Translations under genes and position numbers: made by a program
Shown here: positions 1-9,143 of the stretch, one piece after another
Position numbering within the stretch: position 1 is the stretch's first letter
How the letters are laid out: every line of letters begins with the position of its first letter
Notes under the pieces: model-generated
What the model was told of the DNA's origin: nothing
The model's database searches: none
The model's input: the letters and a program-made list of their open reading frames with translations, nothing else
DNA from: Nemertoderma westbladi
Taxonomy: Eukaryota > Animalia > Xenacoelomorpha
Assembly: GCA_032718475.1 (NCBI GenBank)
Contig: JAUCBJ010006429.1
Coordinates: 1-38,484, forward strand
Direction: 5' to 3'
DNA length: 38,484 nucleotides

Positions 1-300
1 GGAACAATAATTATGACAGGCGCGTACATTCTGTACCCCCTGTAGGATCATATTAAACGATCATGCTACGCCAAAGTTATACTACGTTTATAATAATATA
101 AATGCTGTCAGTATCCAGAATAGTGGGGCTAGTAGGGTCAATAATCGTCTTGGTTCGCGTCCCATCGCGAAGATATCAATTTATATCGGTCATTGTTACA
201 CCAGTTTATATCGTGTAGACTAGTCTTGCAGCCAAGAGCATCTTTACTGATATTATAACAGCACATCCAAAATGACTTACTAGTCATCTCACAGTCAAAA

Positions 301-2730
301 TTAGTCCTCAGAGTGGAAATGACATAAACTGTAGTTTCTAGACCCTAAAATTCCGCACCGTCCGCAAATAGAATTTTCCTGCTTCCTCAAATCCCATTGT
401 TCCTTAGAGTATCGAAGTCTGTAGGATGCCACTAGCCACCATAGATCATTGCAAGTTTTCGACAAATTCTCCAAATCAGAATTTTGTAAATTTGCAAATA
501 TCTCCGATAATACAATATCCGGTAGAATTAAGAACTTCTCAACCAAAGTCATTGTGATTTGTTGCTCGGTGACAATTGAACTTATAGGAATAAGTTTATC
601 TATTTCATGACCATGTAAAATTTCCTGTGTTGAATCGGGTGACATTTCATCAGTTAAATTTGGATTGAAATTATTTGCACTTGACGGAAACCCTATAGTC
701 TTCGGGGTTGTGGTAGGATTTTCAAAATCAGATTTTTCTTCTTCAAAATCCAGGAGTTTTGTTTTATATTTTAATCCAAAATATGGCTCTTGGCTAGCTT
801 CCGGCATTAGTTCAATAGACGCGATCATTTCATCCACTTTGGTTTGATCAACAAGACAATCCTCCAATTCGTGGTCAATAGTTTCCAATGTAATACCGGT
901 ATCATAAAGTTTGTGTTCAATTTCCTCAGTAAGGGAAATACTCTTTGCTTCGTCAACCAAACTATAGTCACATTGGGTCAGCATAATAGAATCTTTGTTC
1001 TCGACTGCCTGTCTGCCACCATCTTGCAACATATTACAGCTACTTTGTGTCGTTTCTAAATTTTGAACAATTAACTCATCAGTATTCTCTTCGTAAGAAT
1101 GTGATTTGCGTTCTGCACCCCTTAAACTTCCCTCGCCACAAACCCTTTCACACTCAACATAAGATTGATTATGAAACTCATCATTGATATTTTTTTTAAT
1201 GAGACTTGGTCTCTTGACATCAGGATCCCTCTGATCTCTTTCAGAGAGGTCTGATACGCTCATTGTGCTTGGAAATATTTCTGCATCTGTTGTCAACACT
1301 ACATCATGGCTATATTGATCTGTATGACATCCAGTCGACGCATTAAACTTAGCACTGGAATCAGTACTACTATCACAACTACACATACTCGGGGTGCTTG
1401 ACGTGATCTGGTTACGCATATCGATAAAATTCATATTTTCTGGTCTACTATCTAATTTTGTATTAGTTGTAGGGGATCTACGTGAACATAAAGCACATCG
1501 AACTTCCAAACGATCAATGTAAAGCTGATCTTTTTCAGAAAACGTCAGCAATGTATCGTTAGTAGCATCATATTTAATTGCGGGTAATTGTGCTTCATCT
1601 TGGTGTGCTGGAACAAAACTATCGGTACAAACACCACTCCTAACATTTTTTGAATTATATTCAAGGACTACATCAACAGGTTCTTCAGTAATTTTTCTCC
1701 CATCAATAACATCATCGGTGTATTTATTAGAGCAATTTTCACTTGAAGATTCTGCTGAAATATTTTCAATACAGTTGCCACGCAATTCATGACTACCCGA
1801 TATATTTATCTTCTCTTTTGTTAAGCGATTTAATGACGTTTCATGATCAGATTGAATTTCTGTTTGGAAAGTAGACAATTTGGGGCTCGCCCTTTCAATG
1901 GCAGTCTCTTCAGAAGTAACATTTTCCTCATTGAACAAGATCTTTGCTACATTCAGATTCAAAATAGATTTTAAATTCCGTTCGTCTTCCTTCGGTGACA
2001 ATCCTAGACCTTCATCATCCTCGACAAAATGCTGCTGAAACCCATCGTTCTTAATAGAAGATTTTCTCGACTGTCCTATGTCATCCTCCAAACATTTGGA
2101 ATCTTTAATTTTGCATAATGATGACACAGAAACCCCAGAATCTCGTTTTTCGTTTAATACATTGTCATGTGAATCACTAGCCATTCCTGTATCACTTTGT
2201 TTATTTAATATAGTACCATTATTTGACTCAACCATGGTAGTAGGTGTTCTATCAATCGTTTCATCAGCTTTGTCAAAATCATCATAAATCCGTGGTTTAG
2301 TACATCGATAACGATCACAAGACTTACTCCGTTGTGTATTCACACTTTGTGTCCGCATGATTGTAACTTCGTTTGCTTTAGCTTCTTTGCAAATTTGTTC
2401 AAATTTTCTTTGCCTTTCACGAAATGGAAGAATATCTTTTATAACATTTACTTCCTCTTCATTTAATTTAGCAAATTTCTCAAAATGGTGTGTGCGTTCC
2501 TTAACGCTTGCAGGAACTTCAGTCTCATGATAAACACCTACACGACTTCGTTGTGGCGTTAGAGGCAACGTGTTTCGAACAGGGCAACTCTGTCGTCGCA
2601 AAATTTGAGGTGATAGACCGAATTCACTGCGTACAATTTCAGTTTTTTTCTCAAATTGTCGAGCAATACTAGGTTTAGGTGTTTTTGAAAAGCTGCTATA
2701 ATCAAATATGACTATATTTTCACTATCCAT
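301..2730 (-). CDS. 809-aa protein: long acidic/Ser-rich disordered region, C-terminal F-box, short CxxC...CxxH tail
   Basis: Uninterrupted ORF with an in-frame TAG shortly upstream of the ATG. LPDIVLSEIFANLQNSDLENLSKTCNDLWWLV fits the F-box consensus (LPxExLxxIFxxLxxxDLxxxxxVCxxW). It is followed by CGRC-x10-CHFH. Possible 5'UTR splice acceptor at 2788-2789. Confidence 0.75.
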   Translation of the reverse strand: MDSENIVIFDYSSFSKTPKPSIARQFEKKTEIVRSEFGLSPQILRRQSCPVRNTLPLTPQRSRVGVYHETEVPASVKERTHHFEKFAKLNEEEVNVIKDILPFRERQRKFEQICKEAKANEVTIMRTQSVNTQRSKSCDRYRCTKPRIYDDFDKADETIDRTPTTMVESNNGTILNKQSDTGMASDSHDNVLNEKRDSGVSVSSLCKIKDSKCLEDDIGQSRKSSIKNDGFQQHFVEDDEGLGLSPKEDERNLKSILNLNVAKILFNEENVTSEETAIERASPKLSTFQTEIQSDHETSLNRLTKEKINISGSHELRGNCIENISAESSSENCSNKYTDDVIDGRKITEEPVDVVLEYNSKNVRSGVCTDSFVPAHQDEAQLPAIKYDATNDTLLTFSEKDQLYIDRLEVRCALCSRRSPTTNTKLDSRPENMNFIDMRNQITSSTPSMCSCDSSTDSSAKFNASTGCHTDQYSHDVVLTTDAEIFPSTMSVSDLSERDQRDPDVKRPSLIKKNINDEFHNQSYVECERVCGEGSLRGAERKSHSYEENTDELIVQNLETTQSSCNMLQDGGRQAVENKDSIMLTQCDYSLVDEAKSISLTEEIEHKLYDTGITLETIDHELEDCLVDQTKVDEMIASIELMPEASQEPYFGLKYKTKLLDFEEEKSDFENPTTTPKTIGFPSSANNFNPNLTDEMSPDSTQEILHGHEIDKLIPISSIVTEQQITMTLVEKFLILPDIVLSEIFANLQNSDLENLSKTCNDLWWLVASYRLRYSKEQWDLRKQENSICGRCGILGSRNYSLCHFHSED

Positions 2731-3455
2731 TATGGAATTGATTATTTTCTAAAGCGCATTGGAGCAGTAAAACAACATGTGTTATTCCTAGGTGAAACAA
2801 AATAGTAGATGGCCTATAATATTAATATTTAAATAAGTGTATAAATAAAAGAAACAAGCTACAGATGGAAAATACTACAAGATTGTAAGCTACATCGTTT
2901 CTATTTATATTTAAAAAAAAACAGTATTAAAGCGTAGAGATCAAAACCTGGCAATATTAATTTCGATTAATGAGAATACTAGATAAAGAATAGAATAGAG
3001 TATACCAGACACCGATCAACCAATACCATTGCTACCGTTCGCCCTTGTACAATATATACTACTACGCGGGTACTACTGATGTAACTTTGTACTATATTAA
3101 AATTTTATACAGTAATTTACAGATTTAATTTAGTTATTTACATTCATGAGTAGTACTGAATCTACAAATAATTAAATGGGAAATACTTAACGCCTGATAC
3201 AATAAATCAATTTATTAACTTTTTTTATTTAGAATTCGACTCACTGTGACCGTTATAAACTTATACAGCATTTTTATTGGCTTTGTACTGTACATTTCAT
3301 CGTGCAGAAGAGAGAGAAACACATTTGTGAATCACAGTGAATCATCATAATACAATTACTTTGTTGGTTGTCCTGTGCCCTTGCTAGCTAGCCCTTGCTT
3401 GCAAGCATCCCAGCTTACAGGATGTGGGTATGGCCACTGGCCAGTGGCATAGCAG

Positions 3456-3478
3456 GTTCTACCATGGCAACGACCAAT
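3456..3478. promoter_or_regulatory. Imperfect RFX X-box (GTTCTACCATGGCAAC) next to a CCAAT box; possible promoter element of the F-box gene
   Basis: Motif match only, in a locally GC-richer patch ~700 bp upstream of the F-box ATG. Confidence 0.25.
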
Positions 3479-3659
3479 CAAATTATCGCAATGTTATTCA
3501 GAACCAAATTCTATCCAGGCATTACTGTTAGGGATGTGTAGCTGGTGCAGAACCCATCAGGGGAGGGTGGTGCCTAGAAAACATGAGAGGGAAGTGGAAA
3601 TTGCCAGATTGGGCAACTGTGCGATTGTGGGGGATGGATTCAACTATAAAGAATTTTAT

Positions 3660-3740
3660 TTTACTCTGTTACACGCCACGAAGGGCCAGCCACGAAGTTG
3701 GGGGTGCCTTAGCAAACTGACCTGTTAGGGGTTTGATCAA
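3660..3740 (+). repeat. Diverged second copy of the 5' block of the HINE-like element at 4823
   Basis: AGCCACGAAGTTGGGGGTGCCTTAGCAAACTGACCTGTTAGGGGTTTGATCAA aligns with 4846-4899 AGCCACGAAGTTGGCGGAGCCTTAGCGAATTGACACTGTTAGGGGGTGGGTCAA. Confidence 0.7.
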
Positions 3741-3925
3741 AGCGCTGACATATCAGCGGAGAAGAATCTTGTGCGGGAAATCACATCAGTTCAGCTCTTA
3801 CCTTCCCCCAGACATGTTATTTACATTATTACCTGCTAACCTGATAGTTGATACTGGATTACTTGAGAACCTGAACAAACTCGGTGATATATTGTGTCTA
3901 AGTCCCGTTTCCCTTTCATAGGCAT

Positions 3926-3960
3926 GGGGAGGGGGTGGGGGGGGGGGGGGGGGGGGTGGG
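3926..3960 (+). repeat. Poly-G tract
   Basis: Near-pure G run; source of the spurious poly-Pro ORF 3798-4046. Confidence 0.9.
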
Positions 3961-4444
3961 ACTGGACGTAAATCCCATCTCGGCGAATTAATAATTCGTC
4001 TCAATGTTAAATTATAAATTAAGGGAAATGGGCAAGTTATAACCAAAACAATTAACTAAAGTCAATAGAACAGATTACAGTTTTATATTTTTATTTTTAG
4101 ATTATAGTTTTATAGTTATATTATTGACGTCAATTTTCCCTTAGAGCTGAATGCTTTTTGATTGCGCTGAACCCCCCCTCCATATCCACATTTACTACCA
4201 CCGTTCGCAAAACAATCGACTCTGATCTGTAAAGAGCCACTTTTTTCACAATTGTGTAAATATTAAGATATAATAAGGTGGGGGAGAGTTTTATATTTAA
4301 GCATTAATGTTCTGTATTCAATGAGAATCAACAAAATAAATGATACAGTTTATATCAAAAGATAGTAGCTTAGTTACCGAGCAGTATTAAAACATGAGTA
4401 ACTATAGTTGCATCACAGCCGAATATTAAAAAGACTCCCAATGT

Positions 4445-4638
4445 TTATTGCTCCTTATAAGTAGCGAACCCCTTGTCCATCAATCTCTTGTATAAGACCG
4501 TCGGATCGGTTTCATTCACAGGTATCATCGATATGTGTGGAATCCCATCTATCATTTCGTTTATACGAACATTGCACTCGGAGTTCTTGGTCATAATATT
4601 CTTGAATAACCTAAGAGCTTCCTCACTCCATGAGGTAC
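4445..4638 (-). CDS. RNF17: RNF17/Qin-like Tudor paralog A, last coding exon
   Basis: Acceptor ttgcag at 4639-4640, phase 1, matching the upstream exon. Reads (G)TSWSEEALRLFKNIMTKNSECNVRINEMIDGIPHISMIPVNETDPTVLYKRLMDKGFATYKEQ*. WSxEA and LxxxGFA are typical of the C-terminal SN-fold part of extended Tudor domains. Confidence 0.8.
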
Positions 4639-4914
4639 CTGCAATATTATATATTTGCTAAGGGTTACAACAATTTAACAGACGTGGATAGACACCATAA
4701 TTATTGTATTGTGTATACACAATTTCAAAGTACAATTAACGAAAACCCGCTGCCAGATTAATAAAGCCTATCAGAAGAAATCAATCCGTCAATATTTATC
4801 ATCAAGCTTCTAATATTTCAAACTTTTACCGGCTGATGTGGGGCGAGCCACGAAGTTGGCGGAGCCTTAGCGAATTGACACTGTTAGGGGGTGGGTCAAT
4901 TTATGCAAATAGTT

Positions 4915-4977
4915 GTCGTCGTCGTCGTCGTCGTCGTGTCGTCGTCGTCGTGTCGTCGTCGTCGTTGTCGTCGTCGT
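4915..4977 (+). repeat. (GTC)n microsatellite
   Basis: About 20 imperfect GTC units, directly visible. Confidence 0.95.
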
Positions 4978-5094
4978 TACGATTTTGACATGCTAATAAC
5001 TTTGTCGGATTTAAAGCTGCCAAGTTGAAAATTTGTAGGTATCAATATGAGCAAAAGTTGAGATTTTTGAGAGACTTTCAGACACCATCAGTGC

Positions 5095-6300
5095 AATGGT
5101 CTCCCGCTAGAGGGCCACATGTCTAAACATTAAATGGCCACCCATTTCTTTGCTTTTAATCCGTTTAAGCTGAAACTTGGGAAGTATGTACTAGACCATT
5201 AGCTGTAAATTTCAAAGGAGGCTAATCTGTCTGCAGTTCTCCAGTCTGCCGCTAGAGGGCGAAATGTCCCGAATGTGAAATTATTCTTCCATTTAGTTGT
5301 TTATGATCTGATTACGCTGAAACTTGTCATATATGTACTAGATGACATCCTGAGTCTTTGTGTGGATTGTAATCGGTCCGAAGTTTTCCAGTCTGCCGGT
5401 AGAGGGCCACATGTCTAAACATTAAATGGCCACCCATTTCTTTGCTTTTAATCCGTTTAAGCTGAAACTTGGGAAGTATGTACTAGACCATTAGCTGTAA
5501 ATTTCAAAGGAGGCTAATCTGTCTGCAGTTCTCCAGTCTGCCGCTAGAGGGCGAAATGTCCCGAATGTGAAATTATTCTTCCATTTAGTTGTTTATGATC
5601 TGATTACGCTGAAACTTGTCATATATGTACTAGATGACATCCTGAGTCTTTGTGTGGATTGTAATCGGTCCGAAGTTTTCCAGTCTGCCGGTAGAGGGCC
5701 ACATGTCTAAACATTAAATGGCCACCCATTTCTTTGCTTTTAATCCGTTTAAGCTGAAACTTGGGAAGTATGTACTAGACCATTAGCTGTAAATTTCAAA
5801 GGAGGCTAATCTGTCTGCAGTTCTCCAGTCTGCCGCTAGAGGGCGAAATGTCCCGAATGTGAAATTATTCTTCCATTTAGTTGTTTATGATCTGATTACG
5901 CTGAAACTTGTCATATATGTACTAGAAGACATCCTAAGTCTTTGTGTGGACAGTAATCGGTCCGGAGTTTTCGAGTCTGCCGCTAGAGGGCGAAATGTAG
6001 GAAAGTGATAACCTTCGCGAATTCCTTGATCTTAATCTATTTAAGCTGAATTTTGGAATATACAGTACCGGTATGTACTAGACCACATGCCTCGTCTTTG
6101 TGAGGAAGGTGATCGATCCGTAGTTCTTTAATATACCGCTAGAGGGCTAAATGTATGAAAGTGAAAACCTTCCAACATTTCGTTATTTATGATCCGTCAA
6201 TCGGAAACTTGGTAGATATGTAATAGACCATAGGCTGTGGCTTTGTAGGGAAACTAATCCTTCCTTCTTCAGTTACCCAGTCTCCCGCTAGAGGGTTAAC
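5095..6300 (+). repeat. Tandem array of 145/147-bp units arranged as a 292-bp dimer (x3) plus diverged edge units
   Basis: Anchor CCGSTAGAGGG starts at 5104, 5249, 5396, 5541, 5688, 5833, 5980, 6136 and 6285. Spacing alternates 145/147, then 156 and 149. Confidence 0.95.
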
Positions 6301-6548
6301 GTTTTCCGGGAAAATCTTCTCCTATGTTTTTATAATCCTTTCGAGTTGATACTTAGCATTAACTCATTTCACGTGCTGCGCGAAGGCCCCACTTCGTGTA
6401 AAGTGTAATGTACGTTATAAATATGTTATAAAATAAATATTAAAAAAATCGACTGGTAGAAACCGAGATATAACAGCAGACGTAAATCAGATAGGTAGGC
6501 TGGGAAAACTGACAGCGGAAATGAAATCACTGACCAGTAAAACTCGAA

Positions 6549-6955
6549 TACTACTACTATAGGCGAGTAAGCTCGGACAGTGTAAATGAGATCCTTCCAG
6601 GCTTCCCGATTCTCCATAGTTGTCGCAATTTCGTATCTTGCAACTTCAGTATCCCTTTCAAGTTGATCTATATATGTTATAACCGGTCGTCCACGACTAC
6701 GCTTTCCATGAGTTGGTTGCCAGAAAAGTAGATCTGGTATGACCTCGTCTTTACTTCGCCAGCAGTGCCCACTGAATCTTAATCTGCGTTCACATAGGGT
6801 GGTTGATACAGGTGGTATTGTACCATAAAGCTCGGCGTTTGTCATGTGTTGTCTCCAGCTAATGTTTAGTGCTGCACTTAGTAGTCTTGTATAGCAACCA
6901 TCACTTCGCAACAAGTGATTTCCTCAGTGTCCAGGTCTCACCAGCGTATATGGGA
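6549..6955 (-). mobile_element. 5'-truncated RTE-type LINE fragment (region C-terminal to RT plus 3' tail)
   Basis: IYAGETWTL (frameshifted), then LNISWRQHMTNAELYG, RRLRFSGHCWR and GKRSRGRP..TYIDQL, typical RTE post-RT motifs. Ends in a (GTA)n tail near 6549-6559. Confidence 0.85.
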
Positions 6956-7663
6956 GAGGGTTGATTTCCAGATGGTAAACATTTTTGGCTTTTCTCTTGC
7001 TTTTTATCAATGAACCAAAACGCGTATAGCGAAAGTTTTAGCTAGGAGATGCTTGGTGGTTTTTATGAGAAGAAGAACAGACAGTCACTGGCAGACCAAC
7101 ATGCAGTTTAGCTTCAGTCAAATATGAAAATTGAAATCGAAAATTAATCACCGACCAGGAAAACTGACACAACGAGAATTTTAGCAGGTGTGTCTATTGC
7201 CAGACATTATTACCTGACGACATACTTACATATTGATAGTCCCCAGATAGATAGTTTTGAACGGGAAATTGTAAACCTGAAGACAATTATCTCGGAATTC
7301 CTATTCGTCATTTTCAAATAACTCCTCCGTCATTTCTCAACCAATTCCGAATTTAAAAATTTTGAAAATTTTAAGAAGCCATTTTTAGTAAGAAAAGGTA
7401 AAAAAACATGTATTGTAATAAACATTCTTAAAATTTGGAAATTAAAAAGAAACAGATCGAGGCCAAAATCGGTTGGGAAGTAGCAATTTGAAAATTGGAA
7501 TTTGTAAAGAATAAAAAATTAGAGAAAAATGCAATTAAAGTTTTATAATGCACTTTTATAATATGAAATAATTAATGTATATGAGGCTGTTATGTCCTTT
7601 TCGAAACTATAAAACAGATCTCGTAAAACAGTTTTCAGACTTTTTCAGACAGATTTGCCCCAT

Positions 7664-7872
7664 GGACTATTTGTCCCTCCAGGACAATTGCCCCCCAGAC
7701 AATTGCCCCACGACATCGTATTTACAGAATATATTTTTTAAATCTTAGAATCCTTTGAATGTCTTCCTATGATTTTCTGGAATTCAGGTTATAATATAAA
7801 CCTTCCTTGGTCATAGTTAGGAGCGACTTTGTCATCGGGAGCAATTAATTGTCCGGGGGGCAATAATAGTCC
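7664..7872. mobile_element. MITE-like element with reiterated GACAATTGCCCC subterminal motifs
   Basis: Left end GGACTATT...GGACAATTGCCCCCC, GACAATTGCCCC; right end AATTGTCCGGGGGGCAATAATAGTCC is its inverse. AT-rich non-coding core. Confidence 0.55.
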
Positions 7873-8119
7873 AGGTCAGCTGTTAACCTGACACAATAAA
7901 AACTGCATTAAAAGACAAAAAAGGTAGGCACTTGGCCTTATGGTCCTTAACTTATCGCAAATGCATTTCTATACGATTGAGTATCAAAATATTTTTTACG
8001 GCTTTTCCGATATAAAAATAAGAAAAGTTCTTCGTGGTTTCCGGAAGCCGCGTGCGTCTCCATTTAGCGAAACAATTAATTGCGCAACAGTATTGGTAGA
8101 CGACGGGACTGCTACTTAC

Positions 8120-8276
8120 CATGAATGAGCTTCCCTGTACTGCGGTTTACAATGGGTTTTAGCTCAGAAATGAATGCCAAACGAGCTGAAACACGTCGCT
8201 TGATATATTGTTGAGGAATCGAACGTAAATTATGCCGTCGTTGTTCTTCCGACCACCCGAAATCAACAAATATTAC
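8120..8276 (-). CDS. RNF17: RNF17/Qin-like Tudor paralog A, penultimate exon
   Basis: Acceptor ccttacag (8277-8278) and donor G|GTAAGT (8119); 157 nt, phase 0 to 1. Reads VIFVDFGWSEEQRRHNLRSIPQQYIK..., completing Tudor 5. Confidence 0.85.
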
Positions 8277-9143
8277 CTGTAAGGAAATAATTAATGAATA
8301 ATGAAACCTGAGTTGTAATGCATAAACAAATTTACAGACTCATTGCTGGGAATATGCGTACATGAGCCATTGCCATCGGGCAGGAGGGAGCAAAGCCAAA
8401 GTTCGCCCGATTCAAAAAAATTTGCTCCTCCCACTACTCACAGAAAAAAACTCACTTTTATACTGAAAATATAAGTTTTTCATTATCATTATAATTAATT
8501 CACCATATAATATACAGGTATTGAAAGACATATTTAATAAATTTACTCTATATGTCCAGTCTTCCGGATTTTCACATTATCGCATCCATATAAATACATA
8601 TTACACCACCAAACAAAACAAATTGCTTCTTTTTACAACTAGTAAGAAATACACCGCGTTTTGGTGTAAACAACCACAACATGACACACCGAGGCGAGCC
8701 AAATTCACGTTGGCTGACCCATTACGGCCTGTTTTGAAAAAGCTTGAAAATGTTTTATAAACGCACACGCAATCCAGTCAACAACAAGCAGAAACGTGAT
8801 TGGCGCAAGTTTGAGACCCTGCTTCCCACCTTACATGCGTCTCTCCTCGTTTCAATACGCTTTATTTCCAATTTAATGATTTCCCTCAACCGACATTTAC
8901 TGGCTTGGCATCTTGTAATGCCTCCCCTTCAGCTGCGGGGCGAACCTACCTTTCAGCTGACTACTGTTAGCTGATTACTGATTGGATACAACGTTTAGGA
9001 CCAGATGCTTCACTTTTTTTTATAAACCTTGGTACTTGCATACCTACCGGTAATGTTTTTCACTTAACATGCCTAAATAAGAAAATAAGATCTCCTTCCA
9101 ATAGCGAATATATTCAGATTAAATTAATAGAAAGGGAATATAC

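Larger units (their letters stand above)
4823..6420 (+). mobile_element. DINE-1/HINE-like non-autonomous Helentron-associated element, intronic in Tudor A
   Basis: Starts in a T-run (TTTTACC). Then a 5' hairpin GCCA-CGAAGT-TGGC, a (GTC)n microsatellite, ~146-bp central tandem repeats and a 3' stem-loop CGAAG-GCCCCA-CTTCG. Short inverted matches GTGGGGC (4838-4844)/GCCCCAC (6386-6392) and CACGAAGT/ACTTCGTG. This order matches known DINE-1/HINE architecture; ends are approximate. Confidence 0.6.
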
